Origin: Candidatus Saccharimonadota bacterium
GTDB lineage: Bacteria; Patescibacteriota; Saccharimonadia; CAILAD01; BJGX01
DNA length: 64,000 bases
NCBI GenBank assembly: GCA_016191105.1
Contig: JACPPH010000002.1
Location: forward strand, 141,931 to 205,930
Reading direction: 5' to 3'
Made by a program: the position numbers and the translations under genes. This document shows, piece after piece, positions 9,012 to 19,619 of this stretch. The notes under the pieces are model-generated. The model saw nothing but the letters and a program-made list of their open reading frames with translations, ran no database searches and had not been told where the DNA came from. The first letter of the stretch is position 1; every line of letters begins with the position of its first letter.

Positions 9012-10558
9012 AGGCTGGTAGCAATTTTGATTAATTGGTCTTGGTTCAGACCGCTAGTATTGCCCTCTAGTCTATACCAAGTGCCCTTATTAATCCAGCT
9101 GGCTTGGTTGTTGCCATACATGTATATGGTTAACCCCTGAGCCTGCAAAGCCAGGTAGTTGTCAGATTTCTGAGTCACATAGTTTTCAGCTAAGGCTTGA
9201 GAGTCCCAGTCGGTCTTAGCCTCTTGCACCTGCATCTGCTGACTGCCGTTTGAATTGCTAACATTGTAACTAATAAGTCCTGGACTGGCCTGAATGTCGC
9301 CCGATACCTTCCAGCCTGAGGGCAAATAGTTTGGCAAACTGGCGTTAATACCCGCCTTGCCACTGGCGACTTTAAAAGCCAAGTTTGGATAGTTGATTTG
9401 CCATACATACAATCCAACCACCACCACACCAATTAGGCTTAGAGCCACACTGGCCGGCTTAAGACCAGGCTTTTTCTGCCCGGGCTGAGAATTATTTAAT
9501 TGAGCTATGACGGTTGGCACGCTATTGGGTTTAGGTATAAGGTGAGTCGGCAGCCCCATTTCCACTACTCGGCCTGAGCCAGGTGTCTGCCTGGCATTGG
9601 TTAGTTGGCTATTGGCCCTGGTTGTGGGCGGGAGTATGCTTGGTGGCTGAACAGAATTAACGGCTTTAACTACAGGTGCAGTTTCGGCAGTCGACAGGCC
9701 AGGGCTTAAGGCGCTCAGAGTGTTGTGTTTGGGCGGAATGTACTCCACCCCCGGGCTGGCCGCAGGCCGAATATCGCTCATGACTTTGAGGCTGGACTGG
9801 GACGGTTTGGCGCTGCCCTGAGTGGCTTTGGCTAGTTCATTAAGCTGAGCATCAGAAAAAACAGACTCGTTTTTGGTATCCAACCCCCCCAGCTCACTGC
9901 CGACATTCTCACTCGCAGGGGCTGGATTAGGCTTGGCTAAGTCTAGGTTTTTAATTGGCGCCACCCTCGACACAGTGGGTGCAAATTGAGGTTGGGGAGC
10001 CGACTTTGGAGTCTTTTGACCCTCTAAAAGTCGTTGTAGTGAAGACTCGTCGTGAGCATGCTGGACTTTAGATGTGATTTCTGCAGCCGCCTTGGTTTGA
10101 GGCTGACTTCTGCTGTCGGGCTGGGTCGTTGGGACTACAGCGGGCTGCGGCACTGGCTGTGCTTGGCTGATTGCCGGTTGTTCAGCAGGGTTTGAAGACA
10201 GTGGCTTGGGCGCTCCGGCTGGTTGCTGTGAGCTTGATTGTGCGATAGGTTCTGGCTGTATCGGCTTGGTGCTGCTTACTGCATTGGCCGATGCTGGTTC
10301 GGCCGGTTTTGGCGCAATGACTGTAGATGGGGGTGCAGCCAGGGGAGCTAGGGCAGGCGCTGCTTGGGTGTTGGTACCATCAGCCAGTGGTGCTGTGGCA
10401 GCTTTGACCGCCACATCTGCAACCGGTGCGCCGGAGCTTGCTGTTTGGCTGTCTGTAGTTTGGACGGGCGTACCACAGTTAGCACAAAAAGTCTTACCTG
10501 CAATGGTTATTTGATTGTCGGAACTACAATTTGCACATTGATTCATACTAAAACTCAC
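9008..10558 (-). CDS. Hypothetical membrane protein: N-terminal zinc-ribbon, long Pro/Ala/Gln-rich linker, one TM segment, C-terminal globular domain
   Basis: 516 aa. CANCSS...CANCG double-CxxC at the N-terminus, low-complexity PAQ-rich middle, hydrophobic LSLIGVVVVGLYVW. Confidence 0.6.
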   Translation of the reverse strand: MSFSMNQCANCSSDNQITIAGKTFCANCGTPVQTTDSQTASSGAPVADVAVKAATAPLADGTNTQAAPALAPLAAPPSTVIAPKPAEPASANAVSSTKPIQPEPIAQSSSQQPAGAPKPLSSNPAEQPAISQAQPVPQPAVVPTTQPDSRSQPQTKAAAEITSKVQHAHDESSLQRLLEGQKTPKSAPQPQFAPTVSRVAPIKNLDLAKPNPAPASENVGSELGGLDTKNESVFSDAQLNELAKATQGSAKPSQSSLKVMSDIRPAASPGVEYIPPKHNTLSALSPGLSTAETAPVVKAVNSVQPPSILPPTTRANSQLTNARQTPGSGRVVEMGLPTHLIPKPNSVPTVIAQLNNSQPGQKKPGLKPASVALSLIGVVVVGLYVWQINYPNLAFKVASGKAGINASLPNYLPSGWKVSGDIQASPGLISYNVSNSNGSQQMQVQEAKTDWDSQALAENYVTQKSDNYLALQAQGLTIYMYGNNQASWINKGTWYRLEGNTSGLNQDQLIKIATSL

Positions 10559-10614
10559 CCTTCCAGAGTCGATAATATTATATCTTGTTCAAGCTTAAGC
10601 GTAAAGCAGATTAA

Positions 10615-11451
10615 CTAGGTGTTTTTGCGCCAGTTAGACCTAGCCTGTCTATGTACAGCCCACACAAATTTAGGGATAGCCAGCTGGCGGCCGATTCGGC
10701 TGGGCTGCCGAAACAGCCGCCAGAGCCACTCTAGTCCGGATTTTTGAATCCAAGCTGGCGCCCTCCTAATCTGACCTCCAAGCTCATCATAATCAAAGCT
10801 GCCACCCTCACCTATCATCAGCTTGACCCCTACGTATTCGCGATACTTGGCCATAAACAATTCTTGCTTGGGAAAGCCCATAGCCACGAAGAGAATATCT
10901 AACTTACTACTAGCTATGTCCGCTACTAATTTTCGTTCATTACTGAGATCATAATACCCACTCCATGATTCGACTCGCGACAATCCAGGAAATCGCTTGA
11001 TTAAACTCTGAGCGGTCATTTCGTGGTTGATCGGCCCGCCCAAGACCCCTATCTTGTAATGCTTTTTTTCGGCCAACTTTAGAATTGGTACCGTTAAATT
11101 AATTCCGGCCATTTTCTCAGGGATTATTTGGTTGCGCCAGGTCATTTTTTGCATATTTACCAAGCCACTCCAAGCTAGTCGGAAGAGATTGGGTCGGCTA
11201 CGAGGCTTGCCGTACAGGTAGCTGGCTGCCCACTGCAGCGACACTCCATCTGCCAAACAGAGCATAGACTGATTTAGTATTTTCTGAAGCGCAGCATCGT
11301 CTTTGGCTAATGATAAAAATTCGACGTAAGGCTTGGTAATGTAGGTCGGTGGACTGCTAGATTCCAATCTGTCCTCGACAATTTTTAGTACTTCTGATTT
11401 TGTAACAGGATCGATTAAGACTCCCAGTATATCAACCTGGACTCTATTCAT
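10615..11451 (-). CDS. WecG/TagA/CpsF-family glycosyltransferase
   Basis: 278 aa. The family-typical C-terminus GLEWLWRLFRQPSR is present. Overlaps the upstream GT gene by 8 nt. Confidence 0.75.
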   Translation of the reverse strand: MNRVQVDILGVLIDPVTKSEVLKIVEDRLESSSPPTYITKPYVEFLSLAKDDAALQKILNQSMLCLADGVSLQWAASYLYGKPRSRPNLFRLAWSGLVNMQKMTWRNQIIPEKMAGINLTVPILKLAEKKHYKIGVLGGPINHEMTAQSLIKRFPGLSRVESWSGYYDLSNERKLVADIASSKLDILFVAMGFPKQELFMAKYREYVGVKLMIGEGGSFDYDELGGQIRRAPAWIQKSGLEWLWRLFRQPSRIGRQLAIPKFVWAVHRQARSNWRKNT

Positions 11452-12571
11452 GAGTCCCCTCGATGCTATCTACAACTCTGGCAAGTTTTTTTACGAACCG
11501 CTCAGCAGAAAACTTCTTAGCTTGAGCTAGAAGGGTATTTTCACTCCAATTTATCTGCTCTGCCCTAGTGATTGCTTGGTTTAAACTGTCTTCATTGTCT
11601 TGGTCGAAAAAAACACCCGTTTCGTTTGCAACTACGGTCTCATTTGCTCCTCCGCCGCGTCGCGCGATCACCGGTGTCGAGGCCGCCATAGCTTCAACTG
11701 GCGTGAGGCCAAAGTCTTCGATGTTGGCAAAGACCAATCCTTTGGCCTGCTGCAGTAACTCAATCTTTTTGGCCTCGCTAACTCGACCCAAGAACTTTAT
11801 GTTTGGCGAGCTAGCTGCCAACTCTATAAGGCGGTCTTTGTCCGGGCCGTCGCCAGCAATCACTAGCGGCAACTTGTTTTTATTGAAAGTTTTAATTACA
11901 AGTTCAATGTTTTTATATTTAGACAGTACCGATAATATTAAATAGTAGCTGCCTTTTTCTTGACCAGTTGCGGATTTGAATTGCCCAACATTGACCGGTG
12001 GATAAACAACCTCAGCGCCGCGGCGATAAAACTTTCTAATGCGGTCTGCAATATAATTACTGTTTGCTAAAAAATGATCTACCCGATTTGAACCATAGAA
12101 ATCCCAAAGCCTTACTCTAGAAGTTGTTCGGCTAATAATGAATCGTGAGAGCGGCCCCACCTTGAACGGCCTAATTCGCTGGCCATCTAGATATTTTGGC
12201 CAGCTGTCCCACAACATCCGAGCTGGAGTATGACAATAGCAAATATGAACACAGTTTTTGGGTTTTTGAATATTCTTGGCCCAAGCGCTGGAGCTAGACA
12301 CTATTAAATCGTAACCACTAAAGTCAAGATTATCCACAGCCCTCGGGATAAGCGGCAACATAAACTGCGGTCGCTTCTTTAAGGCACCGGGGGCGTACTG
12401 CAAAAAACTAGTTTGGACTTTTCGATCGTTTAGACTCTCGGCAAAGAGCTTTTGATTACATATTAGGCTATAAAGATCAGCTTCTGGATACATTTTAGCA
12501 AGCTCAAAAAAAACTCGCTCAGCGCCACCAGACTTAACATTCAGCCAGTCATGAACCAGGGCTATCTTCAC
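11444..12571 (-). CDS. Glycosyltransferase family 4 (GT-B fold)
   Basis: 375 aa. E-x7-E-type region EDFGLTPVEAMAASTPVIA typical of GT4 enzymes. Confidence 0.8.
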   Translation of the reverse strand: MKIALVHDWLNVKSGGAERVFFELAKMYPEADLYSLICNQKLFAESLNDRKVQTSFLQYAPGALKKRPQFMLPLIPRAVDNLDFSGYDLIVSSSSAWAKNIQKPKNCVHICYCHTPARMLWDSWPKYLDGQRIRPFKVGPLSRFIISRTTSRVRLWDFYGSNRVDHFLANSNYIADRIRKFYRRGAEVVYPPVNVGQFKSATGQEKGSYYLILSVLSKYKNIELVIKTFNKNKLPLVIAGDGPDKDRLIELAASSPNIKFLGRVSEAKKIELLQQAKGLVFANIEDFGLTPVEAMAASTPVIARRGGGANETVVANETGVFFDQDNEDSLNQAITRAEQINWSENTLLAQAKKFSAERFVKKLARVVDSIEGTHE

Positions 12572-13842
12572 TTTTTACGACCTTCTATAACGCCAAAAAA
12601 CGTAAAGGCCACTAAGGCCAAGCTGCTGTCGGCCCAGCTGTGCAAAAATAAATTTGCTATCAAAATGCCAATAAGTGCCGCTGCTGCGCCTATCAAAATT
12701 TCGGTCTTTGGTTGTCGTAGCCAGCCAACTACCAAACTCCCAAAAAGCACCAGATAAGCCAAAATACCCAACCAACCGTATTCATAGCCAATTTGTAAAT
12801 ACCAGTTTTCGGTAATGAGTTGATTTGGGCTATAATAGCTGGCTGGCCCAGCTGTACCTAGGCCGTGACCCCAGGGCTGTTTAATAAACAATTCATAACC
12901 CCGTGCTAAGGCGCCGCCACGCACTACGTCGGGTGGCCCAATGGTTTTGTTGCTAAAAAACTGACCATGCAAGAAGATATTTTGAAGCACCACATTGTTG
13001 GAGTTACTTAACTGTGGCGCCAACAGAACATAACCTATTAAAACCAACCCAGCTAAGCTGGCGGCCATAATGATCTTAAATTTTGCTGGCAAAAACAAAA
13101 ATAATACCAGCGTTATTGCCACTATGGCTCCAAGCCAGCTGCTACGCGAGAAGCTTAGGCCAAGCGCTACTAGCAAGAATGCTAATATCGGTAGATAAAC
13201 TAGCCGTTTGGTTCGAATAAGCGCTGCAAGCGCCAAAGCCACTGGCAATATCATATATGTGCCCATCTGGTTTGGCCCGCCCAAAGTTGCAAAGGCTCTT
13301 GCTATGCCGCTACTCGCATCAATTACTTGCAGTGGATTAATAGTCATCGGGTTGTAGCCGATCAGCTGCAGCAGTTGATAAGGTATAACCGTAACCTGCA
13401 GAATGGCCAGCACCGACACAATCAGAGCCGGCAATAGAACAAGTCTTAACAGTTTGTTGTCGCCAAAATCAGCCGCATAAGCTTGGGCTATCAAAAACAA
13501 CCCAAGCGGTACTAGGTTGGTCTTAACGCCAAAAATTAACCCGTTGAGATTCGGCCTGTAAATAATGCTTACTCCTATGCCAAGCAAAATAATAGCTAGA
13601 ACGGTTAAATTGGTAAAGCTAAATTTAAAAAGAAGTTTTTTTCGCAAGACGCAGTTATACAACCAGATCGCTGCTAAGCCTACAAATAGCACTTCTTTCC
13701 AGGCCTGAAAGGCCGCCTGGTATCCAAAAACAGATCCCAGGACTACGCTTAAAAAGGCGTGAAAGGGCATAATTACCAATATTGCAATTAGCCCCCAGAC
13801 TGACAGTTGATTAAGTAAATTAAGCTGTTTTTTAATCGTCAT
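12568..13842 (-). CDS. O-antigen ligase/polymerase-like (Wzy_C) polytopic membrane protein
   Basis: 424 aa with about 10-12 hydrophobic segments and a SFSRSSWLG loop of the O-antigen ligase type. Confidence 0.65.
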   Translation of the reverse strand: MTIKKQLNLLNQLSVWGLIAILVIMPFHAFLSVVLGSVFGYQAAFQAWKEVLFVGLAAIWLYNCVLRKKLLFKFSFTNLTVLAIILLGIGVSIIYRPNLNGLIFGVKTNLVPLGLFLIAQAYAADFGDNKLLRLVLLPALIVSVLAILQVTVIPYQLLQLIGYNPMTINPLQVIDASSGIARAFATLGGPNQMGTYMILPVALALAALIRTKRLVYLPILAFLLVALGLSFSRSSWLGAIVAITLVLFLFLPAKFKIIMAASLAGLVLIGYVLLAPQLSNSNNVVLQNIFLHGQFFSNKTIGPPDVVRGGALARGYELFIKQPWGHGLGTAGPASYYSPNQLITENWYLQIGYEYGWLGILAYLVLFGSLVVGWLRQPKTEILIGAAAALIGILIANLFLHSWADSSLALVAFTFFGVIEGRKK

Positions 13843-14849
13843 TAGCGGTTACTCATTACGCTTCGTATATATTCATCTAGATTCTCCATAGCTATACCTG
13901 TACCTTTGGCCACACACAACATTGGTTCTTCAGCCACATAACTGGGCACACCGGTTACCTTTGTCATTAGCTTATCAATGTTTTTTAGCATGGATCCGCC
14001 GCCAGTCATAATCATGCCCCGGTCGATAATGTCACTTGAGAGTTCGGGCGGGGTCTGCTCTAACACAGCTTTTACTGCCAAGATAATATCGTCTAAGCAT
14101 TCGCTAATAGCCTCGGTTATGTCGTCGGAACTAAGCTCGATTGTCTTGGGTAGCCCAGATACAGCATCGCGCCCACGGATCTGCATTTTTTGTGGTTTTT
14201 TGAGTGGCAGAGCCGATCCAACTTGCTTTTTTATGTCCTCGGCGGTCTGCGAGCCCACCACCAAGCCATGATTCTTACGAATAAAGTCAGTAATAGCGGT
14301 ATCAACCTTACCGCCACCAATTCGCACGCTATTCTCAGCTACAATTCCGCCCAGACTAATAATAGCCACTTCGGTTGTGCCCTCGCCGATGTCTACTACA
14401 AGGTTTCCGGCCGGCGCAGCTATCGGCACATTGGCTCCGATTGCAGCCGCGACTGGTGCGCGAATAATGTAAACCTTACGTGCACCTGCATTTAGGGCGG
14501 CGTCGATTACAGCCCTCCGCTCGGTTGAGGTTATGCCGATAGGCACACTTATCATTAGCTCCGGACGAGTTAGCCTGAATTTGCCAGCCACCCGGTTTAT
14601 TAAAAACTTCAGCAGTGCTTGGGTGATTCTGTAATCAGCAATAACGCCGTCCTTTAGTGGCTTAGAGGCGGTGATTATGTCGGGAGTCCGGCCCAGCATT
14701 TCTTTAGCCTCGTTGCCGACAGCGACAATTCGGTTGTCGTCGATGCTGACAGCCACCACTGATGGCTCATTGGCCACAACGCCCTTTTTGGGTACATAAA
14801 CTCTGGTGTTAGATGTGCCCAGATCTATCGCAATTCGTTTTTTGAGCAT
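13842..14849 (-). CDS. mreB: MreB/Mbl-family actin-like protein (paralog 1)
   Basis: 335 aa. IAIDLGTSNTRVYV phosphate-1 motif, VVDIGEGTTEV, MTGGGSML. Confidence 0.9.
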   Translation of the reverse strand: MLKKRIAIDLGTSNTRVYVPKKGVVANEPSVVAVSIDDNRIVAVGNEAKEMLGRTPDIITASKPLKDGVIADYRITQALLKFLINRVAGKFRLTRPELMISVPIGITSTERRAVIDAALNAGARKVYIIRAPVAAAIGANVPIAAPAGNLVVDIGEGTTEVAIISLGGIVAENSVRIGGGKVDTAITDFIRKNHGLVVGSQTAEDIKKQVGSALPLKKPQKMQIRGRDAVSGLPKTIELSSDDITEAISECLDDIILAVKAVLEQTPPELSSDIIDRGMIMTGGGSMLKNIDKLMTKVTGVPSYVAEEPMLCVAKGTGIAMENLDEYIRSVMSNR

Positions 14850-14893
14850 AGGCTTATTTTAGCAAATTAGCTATAAGACCAACATGTTGTTGG

Positions 14894-16156
14894 CTACTGA
14901 CCATTGTCTATACGTTCTATTTTTGCACCAAGCGACCCGAATCTCTTATCGAGATACTCGTAGCCCCGGTCGATATGTTCAACTCGATCAATAGTCGTCT
15001 TGCCTTCTGCAATCAGTGCGGCAACCAGAATTGTTGCACCAGCCCGAATGTCAAAACTAACCAGATCTGTACCATGAAGCTTAGTTGGACCCTTAATTAG
15101 GCCCACATGCGTGTCCTTTAGGCTTATATCTGCCCCCATTCTTTGGAGCTCGTACAGATAGCTCAGTCGGCCCTCATACATGGTTTCAAATATTTCAGAT
15201 TGACCGGTCGCCTGGGTCATTAAAACAGCCAATGGTGCCTGTAAATCAGTTGGTAAGTTTGGGTATGGTTGAGTCTTCACCTTGGTGGATTTTAGCTTGT
15301 CAGATGGACAGATTCTAATCTCTGTCGGGCTCAGTATCTCAAAGTTCACATTCATTTCAATAAAAACATTCAGAAGTGCATCGTGGTCGTCCTGAACAAA
15401 GCCATCTATCTTAACCTCCCCTTGACTGGCCGCAGCCGCAATCGCCAAGGTACCTGCTTCAAGCTGGTCTGGAATTACTGTCCCCTCACCGCCGTGCAAG
15501 ATCTCCACCCCCTCTATCTGGAGATTGTGTGTATCTATGTTACTAATCTTTGCTCCTAGTGAGTTTAGAAAATTACATAGACCCACAATATGAGGTTCCA
15601 TCGCGGCCATTCGAACCTCTGTTTTGCCAGGCGCTAAAACAGCCGCCAGAATAGCGTTCTCGGTTGGCGTAACACTTAGATCGCCCATAATCACCCGAGC
15701 CGCTCTAGGCTTGCCTATAAGCTTAACCCTATCTTTAGCTTCAACAACTTTAACACCCATGCTGCTAAGGGCATGGAGATGTCTATCGAGTGGCCGTACA
15801 CCTATCACATCGCCGCCCGGGGGTACAGTTTCGGCCTGGCCAAACCTCGCAACAGCTGGGCCAAGTACGAGGATAGAGGCTCGCATTTTACCGGCCAATG
15901 TCGGGTCTACGCTAGCTGCCTGGGCACTACTGCCGTCTAGGGTTAATGTATTCGCTTGCCGGCCAACTTTTACGTTAAATAATTCCAAGATAGAAGCCAT
16001 AACCTCGACATCTGAGATACTGGGAACGTTGTAGAGTGTGATCGGCGCATTGGCGAGCAGGGCTGCGGCCATCATGGGCAAAACAGCATTCTTGCTACCA
16101 CCAACTTTGACCTCACCGTGTAGACGGTTCGGTCCTGTTATGACTAACTTTTGCAA
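14894..16156 (-). CDS. murA: UDP-N-acetylglucosamine 1-carboxyvinyltransferase
   Basis: 420 aa with a TTG start. LVITGPNRLHGEVKVGGSKNAVLPMMAAALLA is the canonical MurA N-terminus. Confidence 0.95.
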   Translation of the reverse strand: MQKLVITGPNRLHGEVKVGGSKNAVLPMMAAALLANAPITLYNVPSISDVEVMASILELFNVKVGRQANTLTLDGSSAQAASVDPTLAGKMRASILVLGPAVARFGQAETVPPGGDVIGVRPLDRHLHALSSMGVKVVEAKDRVKLIGKPRAARVIMGDLSVTPTENAILAAVLAPGKTEVRMAAMEPHIVGLCNFLNSLGAKISNIDTHNLQIEGVEILHGGEGTVIPDQLEAGTLAIAAAASQGEVKIDGFVQDDHDALLNVFIEMNVNFEILSPTEIRICPSDKLKSTKVKTQPYPNLPTDLQAPLAVLMTQATGQSEIFETMYEGRLSYLYELQRMGADISLKDTHVGLIKGPTKLHGTDLVSFDIRAGATILVAALIAEGKTTIDRVEHIDRGYEYLDKRFGSLGAKIERIDNGQ

Positions 16157-16215
16157 GTGTTTAAAATATCCCTTTATTCGTAGTTAGAGTATAATTGTTC
16201 TCGAGACTATAACCC

Positions 16216-17616
16216 ATGATATCACAAAAAACTCGCAATAGTTTGCTTTATATACTGGCCGTTACGGTGATAGTATTCGGCTCTATTTTTCTGGTTTCAC
16301 TTGCCCAGGGCTATGAGTATGACTTTTTGCGCAATCGTATTCGCTTGACTGGCTTGGTGCTGATCGGTTCCCAACCCAATGGGGCTAGCATTGGAGTTAA
16401 TGGCAATCAGGTTAAACCCAAGACACCCTATAGAATTGAGAATGTCACGACCGGCAATCTTGAAATTGAATTAAGCAAAAACGACTACCAAAATTGGAAG
16501 TCAAATTTTAATGTAAAGGCTGGCGAAGTTACGTTTGCCAACTATGCCTTGCTTGTGCCCAATAAGCTAAATTACACCCAGATTGGTCAGCCTAACACTT
16601 TTACCAACCTGGTGATTAGCGAAGACCGTAGGCATCAGTACGCCATTAGTAATAGTCCTGTTGGCATTTGGCGCATAGAAACTAACCGGTTAGCACCGCT
16701 TTACTCCCCGCCTGTTGACGGCAACAAGCCCAACCAAAGTGTTACCGAAATAACAGCACTGCAAGCGTCTACTGATGGGTCCAGTTTGCTGTTTCAGCAA
16801 AAGACTGCCGACGGCAAATTAAACAACATGTTTCTCAATACAGCCAGCGGCCAACTTACAAATGTCTCTAGCGAGTTTGGATTTAACTTGGCTCAGCTTT
16901 ATTTCAATCCAGCAAATAGCCGCGAGCTTTACTGGCTTGATAGCCAGAACCTGCGCCGCATAAGTATAGACAATAAGACAGTCAGTGCAGTCTTAATATC
17001 GTCGGTTGCATCGCTTCAGCCCAGCCAGGATCGGCTGATGGTGGTTGAGGCGCCAACAGAGCCCAACAAGATTGAACAAAGCTTTTATAGCTATAATTTA
17101 GACGGCAGTGATAAAAAACTAGTTGGTACAATTGTGGCCGATCCCGCTGGTTACGACTTGGCCTATGTAAAAGGTAGATTCAATAGCTATGCAGCTGTTA
17201 GAGCTCGGTCTAAAAACGACTTTTACTTGGTAAGAAACCCGCAAAGTGACAGCAACAAAGCAACCACGGTATTAACTCGCGATATCCGGTCGTTTAGCTT
17301 TAGTCCCAGCTCACGTTTTTTGGTCGTTAACCGTGCTGGTCAACTCAAGACCTATGACCTTGAATTTACACAGATCTATGACAATCGCTACGAGCTTGGT
17401 GATTTAAGGCAGTGGCAGTGGTACGATAACTACCATTTGTTGTTGATTATTAATAATCAAGCCAGACTTGTGGATTTTGATGGTCAAAATAGCTATACCA
17501 TACAGTCATCCGAAGATCAGGTGGCAAACATTGTCCCCCTGGAGTCAGATAAGTACATCGACTATCTGAACAAGGCTGGTAATTTAACCAGAGTCGATCT
17601 AGTCCTCAAGCGTTAG
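16216..17616 (+). CDS. Membrane-anchored PEGA-domain protein with a beta-rich C-terminal region
   Basis: 466 aa. N-terminal TM, then a PEGA-like segment (GSQPNGASIGVNGNQV...TPYRIENVTTGNLEIELSKNDY). Confidence 0.6.
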   Translation: MISQKTRNSLLYILAVTVIVFGSIFLVSLAQGYEYDFLRNRIRLTGLVLIGSQPNGASIGVNGNQVKPKTPYRIENVTTGNLEIELSKNDYQNWKSNFNVKAGEVTFANYALLVPNKLNYTQIGQPNTFTNLVISEDRRHQYAISNSPVGIWRIETNRLAPLYSPPVDGNKPNQSVTEITALQASTDGSSLLFQQKTADGKLNNMFLNTASGQLTNVSSEFGFNLAQLYFNPANSRELYWLDSQNLRRISIDNKTVSAVLISSVASLQPSQDRLMVVEAPTEPNKIEQSFYSYNLDGSDKKLVGTIVADPAGYDLAYVKGRFNSYAAVRARSKNDFYLVRNPQSDSNKATTVLTRDIRSFSFSPSSRFLVVNRAGQLKTYDLEFTQIYDNRYELGDLRQWQWYDNYHLLLIINNQARLVDFDGQNSYTIQSSEDQVANIVPLESDKYIDYLNKAGNLTRVDLVLKR

Positions 17617-18413
17617 CTGCGCTGCCTTAGTGCTTCAAACAATATAACTGTTGCGGCGGCCGAAACATTCAGTGAGTCGACTTGACCGTGCATAGGAATT
17701 CGAACCTTTTGCCCGGCCTGGTCTAACCAAGTTTTGGATAGACCAGATTGTTCGGCACCAACTGCAATGGCAATCTTTCCGGTCAAATCAGCTCGAGTAT
17801 AAGGCTGCTTAGCTGATGGTGTGGCGGCTACAAGCTGTATCTTGTTTTGGGCGCTCCATTCAAAAAGTTCTTGGCTAGTAGCCTGCCCAACTTTTATCGT
17901 AAACAGGGCGCCTACGCTGGCTCGAACAACGTTGGGGTTAAAAACATCGGTTACGCCATCACAAATAATTACAGCCTCGGCGCCGGCAGCATCGGCACTA
18001 CGCAACATTGTACCTAGGTTGCCTGGCTTTTCGACTGACTCTGCAACCAAGAACAATGAGTCAGGATTTACCGGCAAGTTTCTGATTGATGTGTCGAACT
18101 GTGGCCCAATAGCAATCAAGCCTTCAGGCTGATCTCGGTAAGCCATCTTTGAAAACACCTCAGCTGTGGTTTGGTAGGTTTTGTAACCACCAGCATTTTG
18201 CCCTAAAAGGTTCTCTACAAGCTCTTGCTCCTTAGAGCCAGAATATAGATCAGGGCAAAAATATATCTCATTCAGTGCAAAACCATTTTTGAGAGCTAGG
18301 CTGACAGCGCGATAGCCTTCAACTAAGATCAACTGGTTTAAGTCGCGTTGGCGACGACTTTTGAGTCTTACAATGTGTTTGATCTTAGGGTTTTGCAAGC
18401 TAGATATAAGCAC
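17613..18413 (-). CDS. TrmH/SpoU-family RNA 2'-O-methyltransferase
   Basis: 266 aa. SPOUT motifs VEKPGNLGTMLRSADAAG and IPMHGQVDSLNVSAAATVILFE. Confidence 0.85.
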   Translation of the reverse strand: MLISSLQNPKIKHIVRLKSRRQRDLNQLILVEGYRAVSLALKNGFALNEIYFCPDLYSGSKEQELVENLLGQNAGGYKTYQTTAEVFSKMAYRDQPEGLIAIGPQFDTSIRNLPVNPDSLFLVAESVEKPGNLGTMLRSADAAGAEAVIICDGVTDVFNPNVVRASVGALFTIKVGQATSQELFEWSAQNKIQLVAATPSAKQPYTRADLTGKIAIAVGAEQSGLSKTWLDQAGQKVRIPMHGQVDSLNVSAAATVILFEALRQRS

Positions 18414-18415
18414 CC

Positions 18416-19459
18416 CTACTGCACCTCGGGTAAGCGTTGTTGCTGGGCTTTTGCAGGCGGTACGGAGGTTTCGGTCTGTGCAGCTGGTTGAGGTTTACGA
18501 CCTGTAACTGTATTCCATAGCTTAGCAAAGAAATCTGAAATCTGACTCCAGATAGAGGGCGCGGCGCTTGGCAGCACAGTATTGGCTGGAGGTTGCGAGG
18601 CTGTGTTTTGCTCGGCCGGGCTGGTAGTTTTATCTTGAGTCGCAGCAGGAGCCGGTTCAGTTTGTTTAGCACTCACAATAAAACGCTTCCAGCTAGTGCC
18701 AGGGGGTGTACAGGTAATTAGTGTAGAGGTTGGTTCGGCTGTCTGCTTTAATACGCTTAGATCAGTTGGCTCAACAATCTTGGTCGAAGTTACTGTATAG
18801 ATATATTTGCGAGAATTGTAGTTAATCTGATATGTGTCGCCAGGCGCCAGTTTTTCTAGCAATACAAACACATACTTATAGTTGCCGGGTTGCCACCAAT
18901 CGTTGCTAGAGTGCCCAAAGAATACGGCGTTGCCAACATCGCCCGGGTTGGCAGTGCCGGCATAGTGAGCCACGCCGCTCTCTAGGGCCTTAAGTACCAC
19001 AGCCTCATTTATACTATCTGGAAAGACCAATGGAGCCCTAACATTAATTTTGGGAATAATAATTACATTCTCTGGAGTGGTAAGTTGAGCCTGAGCCGGT
19101 GCGTTGGTTGTTTGGGTCGGTGTCGGGGTTGGATTAACTTGCTTAGACTGTTGAGTGCTGGGTTTATTGAAGAAAAACAAGAATTGGCTGTAAATAACTT
19201 GGTAATTGAAAACGAGCGCGAAGACCACAAAAGCCACCACCGCAAACCGCACATTGCGCCATCTTTGCTTCTTCTTAAAGTCTGCCAACTCATTGGTAAC
19301 TGCTTGCTTTTTGTCGGCCGATAGCTTTTTGGTTTTAGGACCAGCTTTGGCCAAGCTGTTGCCACGGAGATCAATTTTGGGCACACCCTTGGCTGGGGTT
19401 GGGACATTTGAAAGCTCACTTATCTCGAGCTCGGGCTTTTTTTTGTTGGCTTTACTCAT
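18416..19459 (-). CDS. Sortase (membrane-anchored cysteine transpeptidase)
   Basis: 347 aa. N-terminal TM, catalytic His context AVFFGHSS, TLITC active-site motif. Confidence 0.8.
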   Translation of the reverse strand: MSKANKKKPELEISELSNVPTPAKGVPKIDLRGNSLAKAGPKTKKLSADKKQAVTNELADFKKKQRWRNVRFAVVAFVVFALVFNYQVIYSQFLFFFNKPSTQQSKQVNPTPTPTQTTNAPAQAQLTTPENVIIIPKINVRAPLVFPDSINEAVVLKALESGVAHYAGTANPGDVGNAVFFGHSSNDWWQPGNYKYVFVLLEKLAPGDTYQINYNSRKYIYTVTSTKIVEPTDLSVLKQTAEPTSTLITCTPPGTSWKRFIVSAKQTEPAPAATQDKTTSPAEQNTASQPPANTVLPSAAPSIWSQISDFFAKLWNTVTGRKPQPAAQTETSVPPAKAQQQRLPEVQ

Positions 19460-19525
19460 ACTTTGGCAAAATTATCATAATCTATTATAATACAGTAACC
19501 TGATTTGTTGCGACCCCAATGGTCA

Positions 19526-19612
19526 GCCGCGGTGGTGGAACTGGTAGACACGCGGGTCTCAAAAACCCGTGAGGGCAACCTCATGAGAGTTCGAGTCTCT
19601 CCCGCGGCACCA
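19526..19612 (+). tRNA. tRNA-Leu (anticodon CAA)
   Basis: GCCGCGG acceptor stem, anticodon stem CGGGT/ACCCG with loop CTCAAAA, long variable arm, T-arm GAGAG-TTCGAGT-CTCTC, encoded CCA. Confidence 0.9.
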
Positions 19613-19619
19613 ACTGCCA

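Noticed and set aside
10206-10618. Plus-strand ORFs antisense to the Pro/Ala-rich middle of gene 9008-10558.
   Set aside because: They arise from the locally GC/Pro-Ala-rich low-complexity coding sequence on the other strand. They have no SD and show repetitive Ala/Gly composition.
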